Shown here piece after piece: positions 19,351 through 29,469 of a stretch of 64,000 nt of DNA (position 1 is the first letter of the stretch; each line of letters starts with the position of its first letter). The position numbers and the translations under genes were made by a program. The DNA lies in the NCBI GenBank assembly GCA_051006215.1, contig JBPCIO010000005.1:10092-74091 (forward strand). The letters run 5' to 3'. The notes under the pieces were generated by a model. The model did not search any database, was not told the DNA's origin, and saw only the letters and a list, made by a program, of their open reading frames with translations. Origin of the DNA: Chloroflexota bacterium (GTDB lineage: Bacteria > Chloroflexota > UBA6077 > CF-72).

Positions 19351-20379
19351 CTATACGCCCTGCGCGACCGGCTCGGCGTGTGGTTCTCGGCCGCCGGTCA
19401 CGTCGACCCAGCAGGCAATGCGATGGCCCGGCACCACCGGTTCGAGGCTCGGGTTTTCTGGCAGGCAGCGCTCAATCGCGTACGGGCAGCGGGGCTGGAA
19501 TGGACAGCCGGGAGGCGCGTCGACCAGATCAGGCGGCAAGCCTTCGATCGGCACCAATTTTTCCTTACGCGGCTCATCCAGCCGTGGAATCGATTTCAGC
19601 AGACCCAGCGTATACGGGTGCCGAGGATTGTGGAAAATCTCGTCAGAGGTGCCGGTCTCGACAATGTAGCCCGCGTACATAACGTTGATGCGGTCCGCTA
19701 TGCCAGCCACGACGCCCAGGTCGTGGGTGATCATAACGATGGCCATGCCCAGCTCGCGGCGCAGGCGTGCGATCAGGTCGAGGATCTGGGCCTGAATCGT
19801 TACGTCGAGCGCCGTCGTAGGCTCATCTGCGAGCAGAAGCTTGGGTTCGCAGCTGAGTGCCATGGCGATCATGACGCGCTGCCGCATGCCACCCGAGAAC
19901 TGATGCGGGTAGTCGTCCACGCGGGAGCGCGCGGCCGGAATGCCAACCAGCTCGAGCAGCTCGATGGTGCGCTTGCGGGCGGCCGAGCGGTCCATCCCTT
20001 TGTGGAGCTCGAGGGCCTCGCTGATCTGGCGTCCGATCGTGAGGACCGGGTTGAGCGACGTCATCGGGTCCTGGAAGATCATGGCGATGTCGTTGCCGCG
20101 TACCTTCCGCATGTCGTCATCTTTGAGCTTGAGCAGGTCGCGACCGTCGAACGTGACCTGGCCCGAGACGATCCGGCCCGGGGGCTGAGGTATCAAGCGC
20201 ATCAGGGACAGCGCGGTGACGCTCTTGCCACAGCCCGATTCGCCCACCAGGCCGAGCGCTTCACCCTCGCTGAGTGTGAATGACACGCCATTCACAGCCT
20301 TCACCACCCCGTCCTGGGTGAAGAATTGCGTTCGGAGGTCCGAGACCTCGAGCAGCGGACGTTTGGTCTCCAGCGCCAC
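19351..20379 (-). CDS. oppD: Oligopeptide/dipeptide ABC transporter ATP-binding protein (OppD/DppD-like)
   Basis: Walker [10 protein letters not shown] and signature FSGGMRQR are present, with a C-terminal [14 protein letters not shown] motif. Confidence 0.85.
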   Translation of the reverse strand: MALETKRPLLEVSDLRTQFFTQDGVVKAVNGVSFTLSEGEALGLVGESGCGKSVTALSLMRLIPQPPGRIVSGQVTFDGRDLLKLKDDDMRKVRGNDIAMIFQDPMTSLNPVLTIGRQISEALELHKGMDRSAARKRTIELLELVGIPAARSRVDDYPHQFSGGMRQRVMIAMALSCEPKLLLADEPTTALDVTIQAQILDLIARLRRELGMAIVMITHDLGVVAGIADRINVMYAGYIVETGTSDEIFHNPRHPYTLGLLKSIPRLDEPRKEKLVPIEGLPPDLVDAPPGCPFQPRCPYAIERCLPENPSLEPVVPGHRIACWVDVTGGREPHAEPVAQGV

Positions 20380-20432
20380 GGCGTTCGATGCCTCTCCGAT
20401 CGGGCTCAGGTTGCGGGCAGTGTACTAAACCG

Positions 20433-21923
20433 TCACGACCAACGCAGTACCGGCTTGCGCGCCGCGGCCACTTCGTCCAGCCGTCCCACGGACTGATGGC
20501 GTGGCGCCTCGCGTACCACGTCTGGCTTTGTCTCGCATTCGCGCGCGATCTGGCGCATCACGGCTACAAAGTGATCGAGAGTGGTGCGAGACTCTGACTC
20601 GGTCGGCTCGATCATGATCGCCTCGTCGACGATCAGCGGAAAGTAAATCGTGGGTGGGTGAATGCCAAAGTCAAGCAGCCGTTTGGCAATATCCAGCGTG
20701 CGCACACCGTGCTTGGTCTTCTGTCGGCGGCCCGAAAGCACGAGCTCGTGCATGCACGCGCGGTTGTACACGAGGTCGAAGTCTTCACTGAGCAGCGACC
20801 GGAGATAATTTGCATTCAGGACAGCAGTTTCGCTCAGCCTGCGCAGGCCTTCCGGACCGTGCATGCGAATATAGGTGTAGCCCCGAGCCAGGATGCCGAA
20901 ATGGCCTTGAAACCCCTTCAAGCGCCCAATGCTCTTGGGCCGATCGTACTCCAGGGCGAAGGTGCCATCGGGGCGCTGCACTACGACCGGGGCCGGTAAA
21001 AAAGGCTCCAGGCGTTCGTTGACCACGACCGGGCCAGCGCCCGGGCCGCCCGAGCCGTGGGGGGTGGAAAACGTCTTATGGACGTTGATGTGGACACAGT
21101 CGAAGCCCATTTCGGCCGGCTTGACGATTCCCAGAATTGCGTTCAAGTTGGCGCCGTCGCCATACACGAGCCCGCCGGCCTGATGCACTGCCTGGGTCAC
21201 CTCGCGGAGCTGCTGCTCGAACAGCCCGAGCGTGTTCGGATTGGTCAGCATCAGGCCGACCACGGTGTCATCCAGTTGCTTTTCCAATCGCGCGAGGTCG
21301 ATATTCCCGCTCGAGTCCGAGGGAATCGAAACGGTGTGAAATCCGCACATGGCTGCAGTCGCGGGATTGGTTCCGTGCGCCGAATCCGGGACAAGCACCT
21401 TGCGTCGCCGCGTGTCACCGCGGTCGAGATGATAGGCCCGCATCATCAGCATCCCGGCGAGTTCGCCCTGAGCGCCTGCCGCTGGCTGCAGCGTGGCCGC
21501 GGCAAAGCCGGTGATCGAAGCCAGCAGCTGCTGCATCTCGTACATGATCCGCAGCGCACCCTGGACGGTCTCGTCGGGTTGAAGCGGGTGAACGTGGGCA
21601 ATCCCAGGCAGGCGGGCAACGTCCTCGTTGACCCTGGGGTTGTATTTCATCGTGCACGAGCCGAGCGGGTAGAAGACCGAATCGATCGAGAAGTTGCGCT
21701 GAGCCAGGTGCGTGAAGTGGCGCACCACGTCGAGCTCGCCAAGCTCTGGCAGGCGCAGATCTGCTCGGAGCACCTGGCTGCCAAGGTCATCGACCTCAGG
21801 CACGTCCAGCGCTGGCAGTTGGTGGCCAGGTGCGCCCGGTCGTGAAAGTTCGGACAAGAGCGGCTCTGGCTGCAGACCAGGGCTGAGGACTACGGATTCT
21901 GGCGCGGTGGTAAAGGTCGTCAA
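20433..21923 (-). CDS. gcvPB: Glycine dehydrogenase (decarboxylating) subunit 2
   Basis: 496 aa, PLP-dependent (HINVHKTFSTPHGSGGPGAGP). Confidence 0.9.
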   Translation of the reverse strand: MTTFTTAPESVVLSPGLQPEPLLSELSRPGAPGHQLPALDVPEVDDLGSQVLRADLRLPELGELDVVRHFTHLAQRNFSIDSVFYPLGSCTMKYNPRVNEDVARLPGIAHVHPLQPDETVQGALRIMYEMQQLLASITGFAAATLQPAAGAQGELAGMLMMRAYHLDRGDTRRRKVLVPDSAHGTNPATAAMCGFHTVSIPSDSSGNIDLARLEKQLDDTVVGLMLTNPNTLGLFEQQLREVTQAVHQAGGLVYGDGANLNAILGIVKPAEMGFDCVHINVHKTFSTPHGSGGPGAGPVVVNERLEPFLPAPVVVQRPDGTFALEYDRPKSIGRLKGFQGHFGILARGYTYIRMHGPEGLRRLSETAVLNANYLRSLLSEDFDLVYNRACMHELVLSGRRQKTKHGVRTLDIAKRLLDFGIHPPTIYFPLIVDEAIMIEPTESESRTTLDHFVAVMRQIARECETKPDVVREAPRHQSVGRLDEVAAARKPVLRWS

Positions 21924-23272
21924 CTGCTAACCTCGGCAAGTGCCTGGACGAGCTGGTCTATTTCGGCGCGTGTGTTTTGCTCGGTGAATGCCAGGAGCAA
22001 TGTGCGTTCGAAGCCTGGCACCGCGTGCAAAAAAGGCACTCCGGCCAGGATGTGGTGCTCGACCAGCCGATGGCGCAGCTCCAGGCCGTCCATGGGCGTC
22101 CTGACAAGGAATTCGTTGTAGAACGGTTTCGGCGTCACCACCTGGTAGTCTGCCAGCCCTGATATTCGCTCCGCTGCGTAGACGGTCTTGGCGTGGGACT
22201 GCCGAGCCACCTCTCGCAAGCCGGCCGGCCCCATGAGTGACAAATAGGCTGTGATTCCGATCGCAAGCAGCGTCTGGCTGGTGCAGATGTTCGACGTCGC
22301 CTTTTCGCGCCGAATATGCTGCTCGCGGGCTTGCAGAGTCAGGACGAACCCACGCCGTCCATCATGGTCGGTCGTCTGACCGGAGATGCGTCCTGGCAGT
22401 TGCCGCAGGTATGCCGTACGGGTGGCCATCAGACCAGCCCAGGGGCCGCCGTACTGAAGCGGCAGACCCAGTGACTGGCCTTCGGCTGTGGCGATGTCGG
22501 CGCCCCACATGCCGGGCGACTTCAGCAGCCCCAGCGATGTCACGTCTGCTACGGCGATGATCAGGAGTGCGCCTCGATCGTGAACTGCCTCGGCGAGTCC
22601 GTTCAAGTCGCGCACGTGGCCGAAGACGTCGGGCTGTTGGACGACCACGCAGGCGGTGTGCTCGTCGACGAGTTCGAGCACCCGTTGCTCGCGCAGGCCG
22701 TCGCCGCTTAGCTCGACGCGACTGGTGACCAGGTCTACACCGCGGGGTGAGACGTATGCCTGCACTACCTCGCGCCACTGGGGGTGCACCGTTCCGGCCA
22801 GCACGACCCGCTCGCGACGCGTAAGCCGCTGCGCCATAAGGACTGCCTCGCCAACCGCCGACGCCCCGTCGTACACGGAATCGTTCGCCACCTCCAGCCC
22901 GAGCAGCTCGCACACGAGCGACTGGAACTCGAACGAGACCTGGAGCGTCCCCTGGCTGACCTCCGGTTGATACGGCGTATAGGCGGTGTAGAACTGGGGT
23001 TGGCCCATAATGTGGCCGACCGCCGATGGCGAGTAGTGGTTGTACGCGCCGCCACCAATAAAGCATGGCCAATCCCGCACCGATACATTGCGAGCGGCCA
23101 ACTGAGCCATATGTCGGCTCACTTCGAACTCGCTCAGCGCGCGCGGCAGGTCGAGCGCGGGATACCGCGCATCCGCTGGTACGTCCTCGAACAGTTGGCT
23201 TACGTCATCGATCCCGATCGTGCGCAGCATGTGCTCTCGGTCGTCCGACGTGAGCTGGGTGAAGTCAGGCAT
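21920..23272 (-). CDS. gcvPA: Glycine dehydrogenase (decarboxylating) subunit 1
   Basis: 450 aa. It overlaps gcvPB by 4 nt (ATGA-type coupling). Confidence 0.9.
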   Translation of the reverse strand: MPDFTQLTSDDREHMLRTIGIDDVSQLFEDVPADARYPALDLPRALSEFEVSRHMAQLAARNVSVRDWPCFIGGGAYNHYSPSAVGHIMGQPQFYTAYTPYQPEVSQGTLQVSFEFQSLVCELLGLEVANDSVYDGASAVGEAVLMAQRLTRRERVVLAGTVHPQWREVVQAYVSPRGVDLVTSRVELSGDGLREQRVLELVDEHTACVVVQQPDVFGHVRDLNGLAEAVHDRGALLIIAVADVTSLGLLKSPGMWGADIATAEGQSLGLPLQYGGPWAGLMATRTAYLRQLPGRISGQTTDHDGRRGFVLTLQAREQHIRREKATSNICTSQTLLAIGITAYLSLMGPAGLREVARQSHAKTVYAAERISGLADYQVVTPKPFYNEFLVRTPMDGLELRHRLVEHHILAGVPFLHAVPGFERTLLLAFTEQNTRAEIDQLVQALAEVSS

Positions 23273-23308
23273 GTTGGGTGGGGGTCAGGGTCAAGGCGGA
23301 TGCTGAGC

Positions 23309-23698
23309 CTATTCGCCGGTCTGCTCGGAGTATTGCTCGGCTGTGAGGAGCGTCTCGACGGCCGTCGAGTCCGCGGGGCGAATCTTGATCATCCAGCCGG
23401 CTGTGTATGGATCATCGTTTACACTTTGTGGCTGATCGACCAGCTCGCTATTGACTTCGACAACGTCACCCGATACGGGAGCGTACAGGTCTGAGGCGGT
23501 CTTGACGGATTCGATCACTCCGAACTGCTTGCCGGCTTCCACGTGATCGCCCACGTTGGGAAGCTCGACGTACACGATGTCCCCCAACTGGTCCTGGGCA
23601 AAGGCGGTGATGCCCACGATGTAGTTCTCGCCCTCGGCCTTGATCCACTCATGTTCGGTGGTGTACCGACGATCGGACGGGTTCGCTCCTGGTGCCAT
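23309..23698 (-). CDS. gcvH: Glycine cleavage system H protein (lipoyl carrier)
   Basis: 129 aa with the lipoyl-lysine motif ESVKTASDLYAPVSG. Confidence 0.9.
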   Translation of the reverse strand: MAPGANPSDRRYTTEHEWIKAEGENYIVGITAFAQDQLGDIVYVELPNVGDHVEAGKQFGVIESVKTASDLYAPVSGDVVEVNSELVDQPQSVNDDPYTAGWMIKIRPADSTAVETLLTAEQYSEQTGE

Positions 23699-23700
23699 AG

Positions 23701-24852
23701 CTATATTCTGGCGCGTGGCCGCGAACGGTGCCGGACAAACGGCAGCGGCACCACTTCTGCCCCGGCCGGCTTGCCCCGCATCTCCACCCCGAGGGACTGG
23801 CCAACCTCGCTCACGGCTATCGGAACGTAGCCCATCGCAATGTTCTCTCTGAGGCTCGGCGAGAAGGTGCCGCTAGTGACCTTGCCCACCGCCCGGCCGT
23901 CCGCAAGGATCGGGAAGCCGGGGCGCGGCACACCCCCGGGGCTTACGCGTAGGCCTACCAGCCGCCGGGTCGGACCGACCGCCTTGCTCTGGGCCAACGC
24001 GTGCCGGCCGACGAACTGCTGCTTGCCCAGGCTGACGACCCAGCCGAGTCGAGCTTCGTAGGGATTCGTCGTCTGGTCGATGTCATGTCCGTACAGCGCA
24101 AAGCCGGCTTCGGTCCGCAGCGTGTCGCGTGCGCCGAGACCGCACGCGGACGCGTCGCCGCCCTGCATTAGGGCAGCCCAGGCGATCTCGCCTGCCTCGG
24201 CCTCGAGCATGATCTCAAAGCCGTCCTCGCCGGTATAGCCGGTACGCGACACGAGCGCAGCCTGGCCGCCGACCCGAGTGTCCAAAAATGCATACCCCGG
24301 TAGAGCTTCCAGATTGGCGTTGCACAGCGACTGCAGGACTGGTTGGGCGCGGGGGCCCTGGACGCCGATCAGGACCGTCTCGAGGGTTCGGTCGTCCAGA
24401 TTGACGTCCAGCCGCAAGCGATCGCACTGGTGTTGGAACCAATCGAGGTCGGTCTGGCGGTTCGAGGCGTTGAAGACGAACAGCACCTCCCGCTCGTCCA
24501 GGACATACGCGATGACATCGTCGAGGATGCCCCCGGCTTGATTGCAGAGGACCGAGTAGGCCGCCTCGCCCGGTCGGATGCGCGTGAGGTCGCGCGTGCA
24601 GCACTCCTGCGCCAGGGCCAACGCGTCGCTACCACGCAGGTAGACGCGGCCCATGTGCGAAAGGTCGAAAATGCCGCATGACGACCGTACCGCCTGGTGC
24701 TCCGCCAGAATGCCGGCCGGATACTGGACGGGCATGTCCCACCCCGCGAAGTCGACCATCCGCGCTCCGAGCCGACGGTGCAGCGCATTCAGCGGCGTGC
24801 GCAACACTGCTTGGGCAGGCGGAGTTTCGCTAGAGGGCAAAGCCGTTCCCAA
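23701..24852 (-). CDS. gcvT: Glycine cleavage system T protein (aminomethyltransferase)
   Basis: 383 aa ([27 protein letters not shown]). The start overlaps the ccdA 3' end. Confidence 0.9.
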   Translation of the reverse strand: MGTALPSSETPPAQAVLRTPLNALHRRLGARMVDFAGWDMPVQYPAGILAEHQAVRSSCGIFDLSHMGRVYLRGSDALALAQECCTRDLTRIRPGEAAYSVLCNQAGGILDDVIAYVLDEREVLFVFNASNRQTDLDWFQHQCDRLRLDVNLDDRTLETVLIGVQGPRAQPVLQSLCNANLEALPGYAFLDTRVGGQAALVSRTGYTGEDGFEIMLEAEAGEIAWAALMQGGDASACGLGARDTLRTEAGFALYGHDIDQTTNPYEARLGWVVSLGKQQFVGRHALAQSKAVGPTRRLVGLRVSPGGVPRPGFPILADGRAVGKVTSGTFSPSLRENIAMGYVPIAVSEVGQSLGVEMRGKPAGAEVVPLPFVRHRSRPRARI

Positions 24853-25579
24853 ATATGCGGGTCAGGACTGAGGTGATCCGCGTGAGTTGGTCGGTGAACA
24901 GCAGCACACCCATGCCCACAACCAGAATGCCGCTCACTCGCTCGATCGCCAGCATATGCGGCCGCACGCTGCGCATGATGCTGAGCGATCGGTCGACCGC
25001 CAGCGCCGCCAGCAGAAAAGGTACGCCCAGCCCGAGTGCGTACACGATCAGCAGCGCCACACCTTCGGCAACCGTGTCCTGCTGCGAGGCGAGTCCCAGC
25101 AACCCCGCCAGGAAGGGTCCGATGCACGGAGTCCAGCCCGCGCCAAATGCGAGTCCCATCAGGAATGCGCCCGCATGGTTGGCCTGCGAGTTCGGCTTGA
25201 TGTCGGCGACGCGCGCTGTTCGGAACAGCCATGGGAGTTTCAGCAGCCCCAGCATTTGGAGGCCGAAGATGACTACCAGTACGCCGCCGACTTTCGAGAG
25301 CAACTGAATGTGCTGCAGCAGGCTATGCCCGAGCGCGCTGGCTGAGGCGCCCAACAGCCCGAATATGAGAGCCAGGCCGAACACGAACGCCAGCCCCTGG
25401 GTGACGATTTTCGCCCGCGCACGCCCGTGCGCTGCGTGCAGCTCTTCGGCCGAGCGACCGGTGATGAAGCCGAGGTAGGCCGGCACCAGCGGCAACACGC
25501 AGGGTGACGCGAAGGACACCATTCCTGCCGCGAGCGCCGTGACGACGAGCAAAGGGCTGAGGCCAGAGTCCGTCTGCAC
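24830..25579 (-). CDS. ccdA: Cytochrome c-type biogenesis / thiol-disulfide transporter CcdA (DsbD family)
   Basis: 249 aa with about 6 TM helices and the conserved Cys in [16 protein letters not shown]. Confidence 0.8.
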   Translation of the reverse strand: MQTDSGLSPLLVVTALAAGMVSFASPCVLPLVPAYLGFITGRSAEELHAAHGRARAKIVTQGLAFVFGLALIFGLLGASASALGHSLLQHIQLLSKVGGVLVVIFGLQMLGLLKLPWLFRTARVADIKPNSQANHAGAFLMGLAFGAGWTPCIGPFLAGLLGLASQQDTVAEGVALLIVYALGLGVPFLLAALAVDRSLSIMRSVRPHMLAIERVSGILVVGMGVLLFTDQLTRITSVLTRIFGNGFAL

Positions 25580-25630
25580 AGGCAGCGAGTATGGCAGACG
25601 GACGGCGGGGCCAGTCGTGGTATTCGACGA

Positions 25631-25870
25631 TCAGCTCAGCCCTGAAAGCTCGCGGTTCTTCTGCGTGAAGCTCTTCCACTCGTCGGGCACGGCGCTCTCG
25701 TGAAAGATGGCATTGACCGGGCACTCAGGCTCACACGCGCCGCACTCGATGCACTCATCCGGGTGGATGTAGTACATGTCCTCGGCCTCGTAGATACACG
25801 ACACGGGGCACACGTCCACACAGCTGGCGTTCTTGGTGCCGATACACGGCTCGACGATCACATACGTCAT
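25631..25870 (-). CDS. fdxA: 7Fe ferredoxin (FdxA-like, [3Fe-4S][4Fe-4S])
   Basis: [27 protein letters not shown]...[16 protein letters not shown]. This is the ATG-initiated part of ORF 25631..26011. Confidence 0.8.
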   Translation of the reverse strand: MTYVIVEPCIGTKNASCVDVCPVSCIYEAEDMYYIHPDECIECGACEPECPVNAIFHESAVPDEWKSFTQKNRELSGLS

Positions 25871-25926
25871 GGTTAGCTCCAGGGGTACGGGGTGGCTCGA
25901 GTATGTGGACCACAGACGCAACTGTC

Positions 25927-25942
25927 TGTGACTTGCGTCACA
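25927..25942. promoter_or_regulatory. Perfect CRP-type palindrome TGTGACTTGCGTCACA (TGTGA-N6-TCACA)
   Basis: It overlaps the stop codon of the crp-family gene, and its centre lies about 64 bp upstream of the fdxA start codon. Confidence 0.45.
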
Positions 25943-26678
25943 TCCACGCCAGGCGCTCCAGCACGGTGGGATCGAGCACATGGATGCGGCCGCGTTCGAG
26001 CCGCACGGCACCGTCCTGGCTCAGTGCTTTGAGCGCCCGTCCGACGACCTCGCGGCGCGAGCCCGCCATGGCTGCCAGGAGCTCCTGCGTCAGACGCGGG
26101 GCACGACCGTGCTGACCTTCGAGCAGGATCTTGGCCAGGCGGCTGGTAACGTCGCGAAACGCCAGATCCTCGACCAGTGCCAGCGCCTCGCGAAGCCGGC
26201 CAGCAAACGTGCGGATGATGGCCAGGGCGATGCCAGGTCGTTCGGCGACAAAACGGATGAGGTCGCGCCTGCGCAACAAATACAGCGTGCAGTCCTCAAT
26301 TGCCTGGGCGCTAGCGGGGTTGGGCCCTTCGTCGAAGACAGCCACCTCGTTGAACATGTCGCCGGGCCGCAGCAGCCTGAGCACCTGCTCGCGACCCCGG
26401 GAGGACGTCTTATACAGCTTCAGGCGCCCCGCTTCGACCACGTACAGCACCGACGAGGCCGCGCCTTCGAGCAGCACGATCTGACCCGCTGGGTAGCTTC
26501 GATGGAACATCGCACCGCCAATCGCCCCCAGATCGTCAGCGGCGAGCGCGGTGAAGAAGGCCGATCCGAGCGCCCGCAGCTCGTCGGCAGACACCGCCCG
26601 CGGCTTCTGGCGCGTAGCCACTGATTCGGGGACCGTCAGGGTGACGGGCAACTCGAACAGAGTATAGGCACACTCCAA
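25938..26678 (-). CDS. Crp/Fnr-family transcriptional regulator (cNMP-binding domain plus HTH)
   Basis: Carries a cNMP-binding beta-roll ([14 protein letters not shown]...). The C-terminal HTH has SRREVVGR, the RE...R recognition residues characteristic of TGTGA-binding CRP proteins. Confidence 0.8.
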   Translation of the reverse strand: MECAYTLFELPVTLTVPESVATRQKPRAVSADELRALGSAFFTALAADDLGAIGGAMFHRSYPAGQIVLLEGAASSVLYVVEAGRLKLYKTSSRGREQVLRLLRPGDMFNEVAVFDEGPNPASAQAIEDCTLYLLRRRDLIRFVAERPGIALAIIRTFAGRLREALALVEDLAFRDVTSRLAKILLEGQHGRAPRLTQELLAAMAGSRREVVGRALKALSQDGAVRLERGRIHVLDPTVLERLAWM

Positions 26679-26715
26679 CGCGGGTCCGTGTTCGCTACGC
26701 TGACACGAACGGTAT

Positions 26716-28038
26716 GTGCCTCAAGGGCCCGCTCTACGGATTGTGCAAGGCGACCTGACCCTCTCAGCGCCGCTCCAGGTGGAGCTGACCGACGCTGCGT
26801 TCGGCGGCGAGTCCGTCGGGCACCTGCCGGACGGGCGGGTGGTATTCGTAGCCCGCGGCCTGCCTGGGGAAACGGCCTTGGTCCGGCTGCACCAGGAGCG
26901 ACGCGATTTTGCACGAGCCGACCTCATCGAAGTCCAGCGCCCTGCCGCGGGCCGCGTCGATCCGCCGTGTCCGTATTACCAGGTCGGCTGCGGTGGATGT
27001 AGCTGGCAGCATGCTGAATACGCACTGCAGCTGGAACTCAAACACGGCATTGTGGTCGACCAGCTTCGCCGTATCGGCCGTTTCTCGGAGACCGAGGCAC
27101 ACGCCCTCGTCCGACCCCCGATCGGCATGCTCGATCCATGGCACTACCGCAATCAAGCTCGATTCAGCGTCGGCAACAAATACGGCGAGCTGTGCTTCAC
27201 GTATCGCAATACGCACCGTCTGTTGCGGATCGATCACTGCTGGATCGTTCACCCGGCGATCAACACCGCCCTCGAGAAGTTGCAAGGCCGTCTTCACAGC
27301 CTCGGTCGACGCATCCATCAGGTTTCGATCCGGGTGGGGGCCAACACGGGTGAAATCCTGATTTCGCCCAGCCTGCCCGAAGTGCCAGAGGTCGCGTCTG
27401 GCCATCCGTTTCTCGAAGAAGCGTTACTGGGCTGCCGGTTTCGCCTCCAGGCGCCGTCCTTTTTCCAGGTCAATACTCGCCGCGAGCTGCGAGCCCTGCC
27501 AGCCGCTATCGGAAAAGCGTGGCTGCCCCTACCTCAGGACGGCATCAGCATGGCCGAGCTTCTGGCCTTGCTGGTGATCGACCGCCTGCAGCCCGAGCCG
27601 AGCCAGGTCATCCTCGACGCCTACTCGGGGGTTGGCACGTTTGCGTTGCTCGTTGCGCCGTTCGTGCGCGAGGCCATTGGTATTGAAGAAGCACGCTCAG
27701 CCATCCGCGACGCCACATACAACGCGCGCCACGTACCCAATGCGCGCTTCGTCCAGGGCAAGACCGAAGCTGTGCTGCCGACAATGCAGCGTGAGATGGA
27801 CAAACCGCCCGACGCGGTTGTTCTCGACCCGGCCCGAGTCGGCTGCCATCCCGACGTCCTGCAAGCCCTGCTGAGCCTTCGCCCGCGTCGCCTCGTGTAC
27901 GTGTCATGTGACCCGTCAACGCTCGCCCGCGACTTGCGCATTCTCGTGGACGGCGGCTTCACCCTGCACGAAGTCCAACCTCTGGATATGTTTCCGCAGA
28001 CGTACCACATCGAGAACGTGGCCACGCTAAGCCGCTAG
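26716..28038 (+). CDS. rlmD: 23S rRNA (uracil-C5)-methyltransferase RlmD/RumA (TRAM domain, Fe-S and SAM MTase)
   Basis: The N-terminal TRAM domain is followed by the 4-Cys cluster CPYYQVGCGGCSWQH and a C-terminal class I MTase. 440 aa. Confidence 0.85.
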   Translation: MPQGPALRIVQGDLTLSAPLQVELTDAAFGGESVGHLPDGRVVFVARGLPGETALVRLHQERRDFARADLIEVQRPAAGRVDPPCPYYQVGCGGCSWQHAEYALQLELKHGIVVDQLRRIGRFSETEAHALVRPPIGMLDPWHYRNQARFSVGNKYGELCFTYRNTHRLLRIDHCWIVHPAINTALEKLQGRLHSLGRRIHQVSIRVGANTGEILISPSLPEVPEVASGHPFLEEALLGCRFRLQAPSFFQVNTRRELRALPAAIGKAWLPLPQDGISMAELLALLVIDRLQPEPSQVILDAYSGVGTFALLVAPFVREAIGIEEARSAIRDATYNARHVPNARFVQGKTEAVLPTMQREMDKPPDAVVLDPARVGCHPDVLQALLSLRPRRLVYVSCDPSTLARDLRILVDGGFTLHEVQPLDMFPQTYHIENVATLSR

Positions 28039-28067
28039 GTCGCCGCCCGGATCGAGCGGCCAGGCTG

Positions 28068-28913
28068 CTATCCGAGGCGGCTCAGGAGCCAACACACTCC
28101 CAGGGTGGGCAAGACCGCGAACACGAACAAACGCGCGGAGAGCACGAGACTCACGAAGCTGAGCCCGGCCCAGGCCACCCAGCTCGGCACATTCGCCTGC
28201 CGCAACACGACGTCGGCGGCGCCGCTCAGGAGCAGCGCACTCGGCAGGCCGGCCACAGCCAGACGCGGCAGCGATGACCAGCTCGGCAGCAGCAGCAGCC
28301 CGACGATGCCCCAGGCGAGCAGCGTCCCGCCCATCGAGGGGCCCACCCACGCCGCCAGGCGCCCGGTGGCTAGCGCGAACGCCGCAACACCAACTGGTGG
28401 GATGAGGCACGTGCTCAAAAGCTCCTGACGATGTTCGCCTTCCCACTCGTACGGGCCCGGCAATAAGTAGTACGCAGCAGCAATGGCGCCCAGGGGGCCT
28501 GGCAGTCCGGATCGAGACGATTGCTGCGCCTCGAACCACGCAGCTGGGGCCTCGGTCTGAGAAGACTCGGGCCATGCAGCCGGCCCTTCGGACGGCACAC
28601 CACTCGCTGGGGCGCCCCGTGACGCGCGCGCCTGTGGGTGATCTGGGGGAGGCGGAGCTGCAACGGGGCCGCCGAAGCTGCGCGCCATGTCGTACCTTCG
28701 GCGCTGGACCGGGTCGCGCAGAACGCTGTGCGCTTGATTGATCAGCTTGGCACGCTGATGGTGCTGCGCCGCCAAGGTCGCGTCCGTGCCGGCTACATCA
28801 GGATGGTGCTTCTTCATCAGCTGGCGGTAGGCCGCTTCGATGATCTCCTGATCGGCATCCGGATGGACCTGCAGCACGGTGTAGAAGTCCGGCGTACCGA
28901 GGCTATCGGCCAC
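28068..28913 (-). CDS. J-domain (DnaJ-like) polytopic membrane protein
   Basis: An N-terminal J domain (DFYTVLQVHPDADQEIIEAAYRQLMKKHHPD) is followed by a Pro/Ala-rich linker and a C-terminal multi-TM region. Confidence 0.65.
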   Translation of the reverse strand: MADSLGTPDFYTVLQVHPDADQEIIEAAYRQLMKKHHPDVAGTDATLAAQHHQRAKLINQAHSVLRDPVQRRRYDMARSFGGPVAAPPPPDHPQARASRGAPASGVPSEGPAAWPESSQTEAPAAWFEAQQSSRSGLPGPLGAIAAAYYLLPGPYEWEGEHRQELLSTCLIPPVGVAAFALATGRLAAWVGPSMGGTLLAWGIVGLLLLPSWSSLPRLAVAGLPSALLLSGAADVVLRQANVPSWVAWAGLSFVSLVLSARLFVFAVLPTLGVCWLLSRLG

Positions 28914-29469
28914 CTGGCGCTCCGTTCCGAATCCGCTGCATCACTTCCAGCAGTTCGTAGGCTTTGCTAGTGGCGGCGTTGAGTCTGGCGGCGTCCTCCT
29001 TGAGGGTCACCGGATCATTCACCGGGTCATGCGGATCATTCGGGCCGCCGGCGAACGATGCTGCTATGGCTCCGATCTCGTCGGCAATGCCAGCCAGCAG
29101 TTCGGGCACCCGCTGCGCAGCCGGCGGATCGGGCTGGAGAGTGGGTGCGTTGCTTGGCGGGCCCCCTCCGTCGGGCAGGCGGCTCTCAGGCGCCGGCTGT
29201 CGAGGCGCCACTGGCGCCGTGGCAACCGCGGACAATGCCGCGACTCGAAAGCGGGTCACGAGGACTTCATCCAAGTCTCCGCCGGTGAAGATCCCGACCC
29301 GGCCGGGTGGCTTGGTGGCGATCTTGACACTGCTCAGGCGAGCCACCGGCTCGGCGTTCACGAAAAACGTCAACTCACCGTCCACAATCTGAACACTCAG
29401 CTCGTTCGGGACGGCGGCGGCGTGAACGGTGCTGGAGGGTGTCCACGGGACAAGGTCCGTCCAGCTCAC
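28903..29469 (-). CDS. Hypothetical protein. It is the probable C-terminal half of a frameshifted DUF1080/LamG-like lipoprotein gene
   Basis: It has a GTG start in a GTGA overlap with the upstream ORF. Its frame stays open 26 codons further upstream (VDQSGEFIVAAVGDRGEVGIWQRDG) and reads as protein-like there, unlike the tail of the upstream ORF. Confidence 0.45.
   Translation of the reverse strand: MSWTDLVPWTPSSTVHAAAVPNELSVQIVDGELTFFVNAEPVARLSSVKIATKPPGRVGIFTGGDLDEVLVTRFRVAALSAVATAPVAPRQPAPESRLPDGGGPPSNAPTLQPDPPAAQRVPELLAGIADEIGAIAASFAGGPNDPHDPVNDPVTLKEDAARLNAATSKAYELLEVMQRIRNGAPGGR

Noticed and set aside
24830-25630. Expected glycine riboswitch upstream of gcvT
   Set aside because: ccdA directly abuts and overlaps gcvT, and only about 50 nt separate ccdA from fdxA. 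There is no space for the approximately 100-200-nt tandem aptamer, and no conserved GGAGAG...CACCG-like cores were seen.
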